A stretch of 64,000 bases of DNA, from contig CAWJTV010000020.1 of NCBI GenBank assembly GCA_963845755.1, positions 96,001 through 160,000 on the forward strand, given 5' to 3'. The position numbers were made by a program, and so were the translations under genes. The notes below the pieces were generated by a model that was given only the letters and a program-made list of their open reading frames with translations, did no database searches and was not told the DNA's origin. Shown here one piece after another: positions 20,220 through 30,397 of the stretch (within the stretch, counting starts at the first letter, position 1; each line of letters opens with the position of its first letter). This DNA is from an uncultured Planctomycetota bacterium (GTDB lineage: Bacteria > Planctomycetota > Planctomycetia > Isosphaerales > Isosphaeraceae).

Positions 20220-21174
20220 TCAAGTGGCTGCTATGGTCGAAGCGCGGAGCCGTCCGGTGTTGGTGTTCGCAGCCAAGTCGTCGATCATATCGCGAACCGC
20301 CTGTTCAATAGCAGCCTGCCAGTGTTGGGCGAATCTTGCCCGATAGGCCGGTCTTTCGTAAGCGTGCGTGATACCACGCGAGTTATTGATCAAGGCACCG
20401 AGGCCATGGGCGTCGAAAGCGGCGGCGACATCGCGCGAGGTGCCGCCCTGGGTGCCGTAACCGGGTACAAGCAGGAGGATATCGGGCATCGCGTCCCGCA
20501 ATTCGGCGAGTTCTCCCGGGTAGGTTGCGGCTACGACCGCCCCGACGAGGCTGTATCCGGACTCGCTCCGGTAGGGAGAAGCCCACTGACGGAGGCGATC
20601 GGCCACATGTCGATAGAGGGGTTGACCGTCGGACAGGAGGTCCTGGAACTCGACGGCCGATGCGTTGCTCGTCCGTACCAGGACGAAGACCCCCTTTTGC
20701 TCACGAGCGGCAACCTTGACGAAGGGCAAAACCCCATCGGAGCCCAGATACGGGTTTACTGTCAGGGCATCGGCATGCCACGAGGGTTCATAGCTACCCC
20801 CGACCGGAACCTTTCCCAGGTATCCGCCGCGCGTAGGCCTCGGCGGTCGAGCCGATGTCATTCCGCTTGCCGTCGACGATGACAATCAACCCCTTGGCGT
20901 GTGCGGATTCAACGCTTGCGTGCAAGGCCGCGAAACCCGGGGGACCATAGGCCTCGTAGAAGGCCGATTGAAACTTGACGGCGGGGACTAGGGGGGCTAC
21001 CACGTCGATGACCTCGTCACCAAAGCGGCGCAAGGCTTCTGAAATCCCCGCGCGATCCTCAGGGAACCGATCCAGAAAACCCAGCGGCAATTCCTCGGGC
21101 CTGGGGTCGATTCCAACCACGACCGGGTTTCCCGCTCGGCGGACCGCGACAAACAGTTGCTCCACGAAATGCAC
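20220..21174 (-). CDS. pyrF: Orotidine-5'-phosphate decarboxylase, frameshift near 20830
   Basis: VVGIDP, AVKFQSAFYE, DGKRNDIGSTAEAYA, TVNPYLGSD, VLVRTSN, LVPGYGTQGG, NNSRGI. Confidence 0.93.
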
Positions 21175-21201
21175 GGGTCTGTTCCCCACAACCACATGGG
21201 A

Positions 21202-21229
21202 TTGACAGGTTTCGGACGGATTTTACAAT
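21202..21229 (+). promoter_or_regulatory. sigma70 promoter for the tRNA, TTGACA-N16-TACAAT
   Basis: Perfect -35 and 5/6 -10, ~60 bp upstream of the tRNA. Confidence 0.65.
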
Positions 21230-21286
21230 CTTCCAGCAACCAGGGATAGACGGGGCCTCATCCTCCAGGTTATCCTGGCAAATGTT

Positions 21287-21362
21287 CGGGGCGTAGCGCA
21301 GTTTGGATTAGCGCGCTAGCTTGGGGTGCTAGAGGTCAGGGGTTCAAATCCCCTCGCCCCGA
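21287..21362 (+). tRNA. tRNA-Pro(GGG), CCA not encoded
   Basis: Acceptor CGGGGCG/CGCCCCG-A; anticodon arm CTAGC-TTGGGGT-GCTAG; T arm AGGGG-TTCAAAT-CCCCT. Confidence 0.96.
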
Positions 21363-21476
21363 CTTGACCTAAGGTTTTTGCTGAACACAACTAGAGTGTA
21401 CTTACCGACGGTCGGTAGCGCGGCATGATACCCCGTTCCCAAGTGTGTAATCTACACACTGTCGGAGGAATTTGCC

Positions 21477-22700
21477 GTGAGCCGACCGACCCGAATGCTA
21501 CGGACTCCACAGGCCTACGGAAAACGCCATTGTCATCATCCGCGGAGGATGCAATACCTTGGACTTTATCGCTCGGCCGAATCTCGCGTGGAGTACAACC
21601 GGCCTATCGACGAGTGGCTCTCCGTGTCACCGGAGGCGCCCCCGGCTTGCCGAGTTCGGATCAGGCAGACCTCACGGTCAACGACCTGATCCTCGCCTTC
21701 ATCCGACACTGTGAACAATACTACGTCAAGAGCGGCGAGGCTACCAATCCGATCAGAATGATTCGCCTGACGCTCACGGTGGTGAATCGCGTGTACAGAT
21801 ACTCGGCTGTCAGGGACTTCGGCTTCCTGGCCCTGAAGGAGTGCCGGGCTGAATTCGTCCGGATGGGACTCTCCCTCCGCGAGGTCAACCGCCGGACGAA
21901 CCTGAACAAGCAAATGTTCCGGCGGCGGATCGAGAACGATCTGGTCCCCGGCGGTATCTTCCACGCCCTCCAGGCCATCGCCGGAGTTCGGAAGGGGTGT
22001 TGCATGGCCCCCAAACGCGAACCGATAGGTCCGGTGCCGGCACGTGATCGACCGGACAATCGAGGATATCGGGATCACGCTGGCGGCAATGGTGCGGCTC
22101 CAGCGCGTCACCGTCATGACGCCCCAGCAGGTCGTCACGATCCGGGCGAACGACATCGACATGGCCGACGCCTCTCGTTGGGTGTATCGCCCGGAACGAC
22201 ACAAGATCAATCACCACGAGCAGACCCTGGTCGTGTTTCTTGGCCCGCGAGCGATCGATGCCATCCGGCCCTTCCTCCGCCCCGATCCCACGGCCTTCTT
22301 GTTCTCGCTCCTCCAGGCGGTAACCAGGCGTAACGCCGAACTCCGGGCCAACCGGAAGACAAAACTCTGGCCGTCCCATCAGACCCACCAGGCAAAGAGG
22401 CGGAAGGCTCGCCGAGCCAAGCCACCAGTGGACCACTACGACGAATCCACCTCCCGCCGGGCGATCGTGAGGGCTTGTGATCGAGCGTTCCCACATCCGA
22501 TGCTGAACAGCGTTCCTGCGGCCTCGTTGACCGAAGTACAACGTGCGGAGTTGAAGGCATGGCGGAAGTGGCATCACACGCACCCGCACCAACTCCAGTA
22601 GTTCGCGGGATCGTCGAACTGCCACCAGTTCGGACTCGCGGCAGCCCAGGCCGTCCTCACCTCCCCCAAGCCAATTCGACTGTGCCTCTATCGACCTCTC
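21477..22700 (+). pseudogene. Tyrosine recombinase/integrase, decayed
   Basis: Three frames: QYLGLYRSAESRVEYNR.I.EWL; LTVNDLILAF..HC..YY...FG.LALK; WVYRPERHK...LGPRA...HPHQLQ-stop. Catalytic Arg and HxLR motifs are lost; lies directly 3' of the tRNA. Confidence 0.85.
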
Positions 22701-23542
22701 CTTGTACGCAGATCATCACCCCTTGGACGCCGTGAAGAGTGGTCCCCATACTCTCTCTTGGCCATACCAACCGCTCCGTTACGTCCACGGGCCTTGCGGA
22801 GGCTCTTACGGCCATTGCCGACCGGATAATCCGCCCGGATTCCGGGACCGACGATCTCAGAAGCGCATAACATCGCGGGATCGAGTCGCGTGCTAAGGCA
22901 GAACGCCTCCGTGGTAGTGATAGCACGGAACGGGCGGCCAATCGCACGTCCGGATTCGTTAGCTGGTGCGGAGACCGATTGCGGGACCCGCTCGAGAGCA
23001 GTGTCGTCCAGGTCAAAGTATGTCTTCGCTCCCCGATCGTCACGGACATAGAGCCGCCCACCCACTCTCCACGACTTAACGCCCAAGTTCAATCGACCGC
23101 AAACGCGTCCGCTGCAAACGCGGCTGAGACGCCTCGCCTCAATCTTGCCACGACCACGCGGCCCGGCGGACGCGACGCTCACCTGGGAGGCGAGGGTCGA
23201 GATCAGGAAGACTCGAAGGACGCCGTGGAATCGGCTGGAGTGCATCGCGAGGGATCTTCAGGAGGGCAGCGTGGCCCGAAGGCTGGATTATCAAGGTGTG
23301 GACCTGGTGCGGCAATCCCCGGTGCTTCGTCAGATGACGGGCACTGAGATCCAGTCCTGCCGAGAACCCGCGCGACGCCCCCGCGCTCAAGGTCCCGGGA
23401 CGTTTCGCTGCGGCGGCCATGTCGCTCCCGAAGATTCTTGCCGTTAACGATCCTGCCGCCGGTTCGGCAGGTCATTTGCAGAGGGAGGGTTGGCGGTCCT
23501 TGCGAGCATCCGATGGCCCATCGCCAGGAGAATCTCCGACTT

Positions 23543-23779
23543 ATGTACTCCGTCTATCGCGCCGAACCCAAGCAACCATTGGGGGCTGCCAGGACCATCG
23601 ATCACGCGTTGATCTTGGTGGAAGCCAACGGTCCAGGTCGCTACGAGGTCTTCATGGTCGGAGACGCGTCGAGACACGTCTGTTTCGTGAGCACGCATGA
23701 AGACGGCACCTTCACCCTCGATCCAAGACGTGCCGGTGGTTTGATGGCGGTCCTGAGCAATACACTCACTCGGACCTAA
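23543..23779 (+). CDS. Small hypothetical protein, paralogous to 25767..25994
   Basis: AGGAG RBS; shared pattern YR...G.A.(T/S)ID....V....PG.Y...DG..TLDP. Confidence 0.6.
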   Translation: MYSVYRAEPKQPLGAARTIDHALILVEANGPGRYEVFMVGDASRHVCFVSTHEDGTFTLDPRRAGGLMAVLSNTLTRT

Positions 23780-24408
23780 TCGTGCACCTGTTGGGCTACG
23801 CATTCAGGTTCATGGATGGGTATGCTTGCGTCGCACGACGGTTGGGTCAAGTCTGGCCTTTACGGAGTAAGGGCCACGATGGAAGACCTCCTCGTAGACC
23901 TACAATCCCGCCTCGGCTATCGGCTCGCCCAAGGGGAAGCCGCCAGGCTGGTCGAGTTGGCTCGGTTTGTACACGGCCTCGCGTGAAGGCGGTGGCGAGA
24001 CCGAGGTTTGAGCCTGCCAACTGGGGCGCCTCGTGGTCGGAGGCAACCGTGCGCTAATTCGTTTGCTTAAGCCGAACCGGCATGGCCATTGCAGGTCATA
24101 TTTGTCTGCTTCGCGTTTCGAGCGTGCGAGCAAAGGACTTGTACCCGTACCCGGGGCCGCCTCGTGACCGCCGACCTGAGCTAGCCCGGTGTCGCAACTC
24201 AGACCCGCCGCGACCCAGTCTGATGGAGCGGCATCGACGCTTGCGGATGTTTCCTATCTAAATCCATTCGGTGATGCTGCGCGGTCGCCACTTAATCAGA
24301 GATAGGCCGGGAAGGCGCGACGCGAGTTCGGGGTGACATCCGACCATATCGGAGGGTCAAGCCTCGGCCCGGCTGAACTTCGACACCCTTCTCAGGGAGG
24401 TTCTGTCG

Positions 24409-24690
24409 ATGCCGTCGATCCATTTCACTCTGGACGTCATCAAGCTGGAGGTCGATCCCAGTCATTCCATGGATGCGCGATGCTCGGCTTGCCATGAACC
24501 GCTTACGGTCCATCAACCGGACGTCGAGTCACCCGACCGACTCTTGGGCGTCTGCCCGGAATGCCGAGTCTGGTTCCTCATCGATGCCACCGTCGGCGTC
24601 ATGATCCGCCTGCCCCATCAGGAGACTCTTCGAGATACTTTGCCCTCCTCGCCTCCCCGGTCGTTGTGTAGCGTTCACCCTGACCCGTGA
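24409..24690 (+). CDS. Small zinc-ribbon protein
   Basis: CSAC...LTVHQPD...PDRLLGVCPEC..W; GGGAGG RBS. Confidence 0.7.
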   Translation: MPSIHFTLDVIKLEVDPSHSMDARCSACHEPLTVHQPDVESPDRLLGVCPECRVWFLIDATVGVMIRLPHQETLRDTLPSSPPRSLCSVHPDP

Positions 24691-24901
24691 ACAGCCAGTG
24701 CGGGTCGGCTCCCGTCAACTCGATGAATCCGAGGATCACCGGGGCGGGGATCACCACGCCGCACTCGTAATTGGCCCAGGTCTCGGCGCTCAATCCCAGC
24801 GCCTCGGCCAGTTCGGGTCCACCCGACTCGCCGAACAACTCCTGTCGGATTTCGCGGATCCGTCGGCCCAAATCGAGATGAATCGTCTCGTCCGCTGCCA
24901 T
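24599..24901 (-). CDS. XRE-family helix-turn-helix regulator
   Basis: LGRRIREIR...ELAEALGLS..TWANYE.G..IP...WLFTGQG. Confidence 0.8.
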   Translation of the reverse strand: MAADETIHLDLGRRIREIRQELFGESGGPELAEALGLSAETWANYECGVVIPAPVILGFIELTGADPHWLFTGQGERYTTTGEARRAKYLEESPDGAGGS

Positions 24902-25190
24902 GGGGATTTCCCTCTCTCCCGGAAGCCAACCCGAAGCCTGGTAGCCCCACGAGCAGGGGAAATGAAAGGGCGATCGCGGCCTGGCCTTCGTGTTGGATCG
25001 TTTTCATGCTGTTACTTAAGCAAGCTCTAAGGTACGGAAAACTCTTCGGGCACGACCGAGCAAAAAACGAGCCAATTTCGGGTGATTCCGAATCGGTTAA
25101 CCTTACAAGCGAGGATTCGCTGGAGAACCGCAAGCCGCGATGGCGAGGGAGCATGGAATTGCGATAGCGAGTAAGCCCTGTCACTCTCGA

Positions 25191-25218
25191 TTGATCTAGA
25201 TATATTGACTTATAAAAT
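25191..25218 (+). promoter_or_regulatory. Putative sigma70 promoter TTGATC-N16-TAAAAT
   Basis: AT-rich patch ending 11 bp before ATG 25230. Confidence 0.45.
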
Positions 25219-25229
25219 AGCAACATTGC

Positions 25230-25655
25230 ATGACTGACGAATCGACACACGGCGTTCGCGCCGGATCGCGCATCCTCCTCGTCGATGACTATGCGGACTC
25301 GGCCGAGACCGTGTCCAAACTCCTGGAGCTCCTCGGCCACGAGGTCCAGGCTACCGGCCATGGCACGCAAGCGCGTGCAACGGATGTGGCCTGGTGCCGG
25401 GAATTCGTCCTGGAGGACATCGGCCTGCCGGCGCTGGATGGTTATGAAGTGGTCAGGCGAATCAGGCAGGAGGTGGTGTGCCAGGACACGACCATCATCG
25501 CGGTGACGGGCGAACGCCAGTCGGACGACCGCCGACGGTCCTGGGGTTCCGGGATCGACCATCATCGGGTCAAGCCGGTCAACTCGGGTACGTTGTGGTC
25601 GTTGTTGTCGCGAGCCACCATCGGCCCCGCGCGGGCATCTTTCGACAGGGGCTGA
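25230..25655 (+). CDS. Stand-alone receiver-domain protein, possibly degenerating
   Basis: RILLVDD, DIGLPALDGYEV, IIAVTG, GIDHHRVKPV, with several atypical substitutions. Confidence 0.75.
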   Translation: MTDESTHGVRAGSRILLVDDYADSAETVSKLLELLGHEVQATGHGTQARATDVAWCREFVLEDIGLPALDGYEVVRRIRQEVVCQDTTIIAVTGERQSDDRRRSWGSGIDHHRVKPVNSGTLWSLLSRATIGPARASFDRG

Positions 25656-25766
25656 GGCGTAGCGGCTTCCGGTCGCACTCTGTAGAAGGCGGCGATGAGG
25701 GCCGGGAAGGACCGTTGCGGACTTGCGACAACGCGCCTCCAGTTCACGCCAGTTGACTCCATGGTT

Positions 25767-25994
25767 TCAGTCAAACCAGGGCGGGGGATCCAGGGTAATC
25801 TGCCCATCGACGGACTTGGAGATCCCTCCCCACTCCCAGGAACGAAGATCCCCCGTGGCTGTATCCAGGGAAACAATCTGGATCAGGTAGTGGCCCGGCG
25901 CGGCATCGCTCACGACCGCGACGACATCATCAATGGAATCTGCGTCGCCGACGGAAGCGCCGTCACCCGAGGTAACGCGATAGATCGTAGGCAT
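25767..25994 (-). CDS. Small hypothetical protein, paralogous to 23543..23779
   Basis: GAGGA RBS; MPTIYRVTS...PGHY...DGQITLDPPPW. Confidence 0.65.
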   Translation of the reverse strand: MPTIYRVTSGDGASVGDADSIDDVVAVVSDAAPGHYLIQIVSLDTATGDLRSWEWGGISKSVDGQITLDPPPWFD

Positions 25995-26218
25995 GTCCTC
26001 GAACTCACCGAAAATCTCCGCTCTGCCGATTGGTAGCTTTGCTCCGGGGTCCACCTCCAACGGCATATGTTGGCCATTTGTTTAACATAAAGTCAACCTT
26101 CATGATCTCGATTTCCCTGGTGGGCTGCCCAAGCTGCCTGCGATTCTTCGGCTGGCCGTGGCCACATCCTCCCGCGCGGCACACTGGGCGGGTCCGGCGA
26201 ATCGACGAGGTGGGAGTG

Positions 26219-26697
26219 TCAGGCCGAGGCAGGTCGGAGGGCGGAAGGGTGAACTCGGAGAGAGGGCGTCGTCGGCCGGCCGCGTCGAAACTGACGGACG
26301 AGGAGGACGGCGGCGATCAACCAGAGCGCCGCCGGGATGGCCAGCGAGAAGCTGACCGACCAGACCGACCAGCCCGTCTCAAACCGGCAGAACTGGAAGG
26401 CGAGCCCCGGGATGGCGAACTGATGATTCCCGGTCGCCCTCGGCCAACTCCAGGTCCGAGGGTTGATGATCCGAGGTTTGGGGGAGCCGGGTGAGTTGAA
26501 GTCGACCTGATTGAAAAGACTGACCCTCCCGCCCCTGACCTGCAAGTAGGCGGGGCGGCTGCCCCATCGGTCGAGATCGAATCGAAGGGGATCCGCTGGC
26601 CAATCGGGGTGGAGCGATGCGGCGAGCAGGGCGACCGTGGCGACGAAGAGGCCGACCGCCAAGATCGAAAGCCACTCTGCGAGCGATCGGCCGCATG
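26219..26697 (-). CDS. Hypothetical two-TM membrane protein (start uncertain)
   Basis: Hydrophobic ends LAVGLFVATVALLAASL and SLAIPAALWLIAAVLLV. Confidence 0.5.
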
Positions 26698-27691
26698 AGC
26701 CGCCTGAGTTGAGATCGATTGAATGAGAGTTCGTTCTGTAACGTCCACCTTACCGCATCATCCGCGTTGCCCGGTAGGGCCAAGACTTAACGGAATCGCT
26801 GGTTCGTTTCGACGAGCGGTCCTTGCGGAACTGCGAAGGATGCAATTCCTGGGTGCTGGCCGATTGACCCGCAAGTCTCATCTGATACATTAGACGAGCA
26901 TCCCGCGTCGGAGACGGCGCCGGGATCCCAACCCGAGGGATGCGGATCGTGCAGGGCCAGATGACGGCCTGCACGGTCGAACCTCCCTCATGACTAACAG
27001 TGAACGATGCCAGGACTTCCGAACTGCCTGTTCCGCGGGGCGTTCCAACGTGCCAGCCGATGCGGTCGTGAAGGCCGGGCGCCGACAACATTCCTGACGA
27101 TCTGATCTGCGAAGGCGACGAGGATCTCTCGCGTGGCGGAAACCTGGGCGGGACTCATCTGGGCATGGATCATCCTCAGGGTGGTCGTGTGCTCTCGGAT
27201 CGTGACGGCTCGTCGATGGTCGCTTCCGGTGCGTCATTCGCGCTGGGGTGACCATGGGTGCCGGCTATGGGTGAGCCCGTTTCTGGATCGCTGCGCGAGT
27301 TTCGCGGCGAGTCAATCGCCGCACCAACGGGCACCTAGGTTTCGGTGTATGACCCGATTTCTTGGCGAGATGTCCCTGTTCCAAGGGCTGCGTCACGAAC
27401 GCGGAGCGCGCTGTCACGACGGTGTTGATCCGAGCTGGGAACCTTGCCATCCGATCGAACCACCTTGCCGAACGCGGCGAGTCTGCGGAATGCTCGTCTG
27501 AGACGTTGACGGCGTGCGTGCCCTCTTTGCTCTGCTGGGCTCGGGGTTGACCATTCGGCTCGGACGGAACGTCCGGGCCGTCCTCCTCGGGGCGCCTCGG
27601 CGTGTCCGCGGCGTGGACTCTTCGCAGGGGCTCCTCCCTCGCAGAGAGGCTTCCTGCGGACCAGGTTGTCGGAAGGCTCGGCGGACGAAGG

Positions 27692-29247
27692 ATGTGGGCG
27701 GATTCCCGTGGGTGGATTCGTCGGACTGCTCGTCGGCGTTTTGGGTGGGTCTGCCGCTGTTGCACTTGTGGCATGGCTGAAGGCTCGATCCGCGCGGGGT
27801 GGCCGCGCAAATCCTCGCCAACGCCCAGCGCGAAGCGGAGACGATCTACCGTCAGGCAGAACTTGGGGCTAAGGAAGAGGCCCTCCGACGCCGGGAAGAC
27901 CTCGAGACCGAGTTCGACATCCTGCGCCGCGACCTGCGCGAGCAGGAGAAGCGACAGGAGAAGCGGGCCGACCTGCTCGACCAGAAGCTCGATCTGATCA
28001 ACAAGAAGGAGTGCGACTTCGAGAACGTGCAACGGCAGCTCGGCGAGCAGCAGGACGACCTCCGCAAGCAGACGGCCGAAGTCCAAAGGACCCTGCACGA
28101 CCAGCTCGAGGCCTTGCATCGGATCGCTCGGCTCACTCCAGATGAAGCCCGCGACCTGCTCCTGAAGCGCGTCGAGGAGGACCTCCGGGGCGAATTGGGG
28201 AGCATGGTCTTGAAGCATCAGGCGACACTCCGCGATAGCGCCCAGCAGAAGGCACGCGAGATTCTGACCACAACGATCCAGCGTTACGCCGCGTCGCACA
28301 CCGCCGAGGTGACCGTCAGTACCGTCAACATCCCCAATGACGAGATGAAGGGGCGTATCATCGGCCGAGAAGGTCGGAATATCCGCGCCTTCGAGAAGGC
28401 TACGGGGGTCAACGTGATCGTTGACGATACGCCCGGCGTGGTCATCGTCACGGGGTTCGACAGCGTCCGCCGGGAGATCGCCAAGGTCGCGCTCGAGCGG
28501 CTGATCCAGGATCGGCGCATCCACCCGACCCGCATCGAAGAGATTGTCAAGCAGACGCATGAGGAGCTGGAGGAGCACATCCGCCGTCTTGGCCAGCAAG
28601 CCGCCCTCGAAGCCAACGTCGTTGGGTTGCACGATAAGATGATGGACTACCTGGGCCGACTCCATTTCCGCACGAGCTACTCGCAGAACGTCCTGAGGCA
28701 TTCGCTGGAAGTCGCGTTCCTGACGGGACTGATGGCCGAGGAGCTCGGCCTGGAAGGAGCCCTGGGGAGACGGTGCGGGCTGCTGCATGATATCGGTAAG
28801 GCCGCTGATCACGAGATGGAAGGAGGTCACCCCGTCGTTGGAGCCGAGCTGGCGCGGCGCTATGGCGAGCCGAAGGAGGTCGTTCACGCCGCGCTGGGGC
28901 ACCACGACGATCTCCGGGTCGAAACGCCCTATACCATGCTCGTCTCGGCCGCGGACGCCATCAGCGCCAGCCGCCCCGGCGTGCGCCGCGAGACCCTGGA
29001 GAAATACGTGCGGCGACTGGAAGAACTCGAATCGCTAGCCCTCGGTTTCCCCGGTGTTGAGCAGGCCTACGCCATTCAGGCCGGTCGCGAGGTTCGCGTG
29101 ATCGTCAACAGCCAGCAGCTCGACGACGCCGCCTCGGCCAAGGTCTGCCGCGACATCGCCCGCTCCATCCAGCGACAGTTGACCTATCCCGGCGAGGTCA
29201 AGGTCACCGTGTTGCGCGAGAGCCGATCCGTCGAATTCGCGCGATAA
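27692..29247 (+). CDS. rny: Ribonuclease Y; frameshift near 27795, start approximate
   Basis: N-terminal TM, coiled coil, KH domain [19 protein letters not shown] motif [27 protein letters not shown]. Confidence 0.95.
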
Positions 29248-29444
29248 TCCCGCGCGGCCCGATCTCACCGGAACCGGTGAGCGACTCGGGATTCGAGATT
29301 CCACGAGACCCGAAGGATTCTCGGGTATCCACCTTGGGGTCATTAGATGCAGGATTATTGACCTATCACTTTTCGGGATCGGGAAAGCCGGTTTCGTGAG
29401 GGGCTCGAATCGGTGAATTCGTTCCTTGAAGGAATGAGCTACAG

Positions 29445-30281
29445 ATGCCTCTGAAAGTCCTGTTCATCGGCGATGTTGTGGGGTCACCGGGCCGCAAGAT
29501 CCTTTGCCAGACCTTGCCGCGGCTCATCCCGCGCTGGGGTCTGGGCCTTGTTGTCTGCAATGCCGAGAACGCGGCGGGCGGGTCTGGGCTGACCCTCCGC
29601 TGCTACGAGGAACTGATAGAAGCCGGCGTGGACGTCATGACGATGGGCGATCACGTTTACCGGAAGGATGAGATCTTCCAGATCTTCGAGCGCGCCGGCG
29701 AAGTTCTCCGCCCGGCGAATTATCCCGAGGATTCACCCGGACCGGAGCTCGCACTCGTCACCGCGCGCGACGGGACTCCGGTTGCGGTGTTCGGCGTCCT
29801 CGGCCGCACTTACATGAAGCCGGTCGATTGCCCGTACCGGGCCGCGGATCGGGTCCTCCAGAGGATTGGCGGCGGCACCCGCGTCATCATCGTGGACGTC
29901 CACGCCGAGGCGACCAGCGAGAAGCAACTCATGGGCCGATATCTCGATGGCCAGGTCTCGGCGGTGCTCGGCACCCACACCCACGTCGTCACGGCCGACG
30001 AGCAGATCCTCAAGAACGGCACGGCCTATCAGACCGATGTCGGCATGACGGGGCCGCACGACTCGATCATCGGCCGGCGCTACGACCGTGTGCTGTCGGC
30101 GACGCTGACTCTCGTCCACGCCTACTTCGACGTCGCCACGGGTGACCCTCGGCTCAACGGCGCCCTTCTCACGATCGATCCTCAGACCGGGCATGCCCTT
30201 TCCATCAGCCGGGTCAGCATCAACCAGGAGGAAGCCCGTCGCCTGCTCACCGACTCTTCCGAGGATCGCCGCGAGTCGTAG
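29445..30281 (+). CDS. ymdB: TIGR00282/YmdB-family metallophosphoesterase
   Basis: FIGDVVG.PGR, NAENAAGG, DVHAEATSEK, GTHTHV, TDVGMTGP; usual position after rny. Confidence 0.92.
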   Translation: MPLKVLFIGDVVGSPGRKILCQTLPRLIPRWGLGLVVCNAENAAGGSGLTLRCYEELIEAGVDVMTMGDHVYRKDEIFQIFERAGEVLRPANYPEDSPGPELALVTARDGTPVAVFGVLGRTYMKPVDCPYRAADRVLQRIGGGTRVIIVDVHAEATSEKQLMGRYLDGQVSAVLGTHTHVVTADEQILKNGTAYQTDVGMTGPHDSIIGRRYDRVLSATLTLVHAYFDVATGDPRLNGALLTIDPQTGHALSISRVSINQEEARRLLTDSSEDRRES

Positions 30282-30397
30282 GTCCTATGGAAGGCGGGCG
30301 CATAACGTTCGGGATGATTGCCTCATCGAAACGGGCTGTCATGGCGACGACTTGAGGTCGAACTCGAGTCTGCGTCGGTGTGTCTCTGACCAATGAG

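Noticed and set aside
22657..23245. Possible secreted protein on the minus strand (signal-like VLRVFLISTLASQVSVASA)
   Set aside because: Remainder is unrecognisable in all frames; may be a decayed gene but cannot be called.
25191..25204. FNR/Crp-like site TTGAT-CTAG-ATATA
   Set aside because: Second half-site is poor and the stretch is explained by a sigma70 -35 element.
27265..28905. 546-aa minus-strand ORF, and similar long antisense ORFs (34..600, 45995..47413, 47684..49588, 50875..52284, 60621..61895)
   Set aside because: Shadow frames of recognisable genes, expected in high-GC DNA.
20220..29247. Programmed frameshifting or pseudogenisation of pyrF and rny
   Set aside because: No shared slippery motif, and frameshifts are scattered across the window; sequencing error is simpler.
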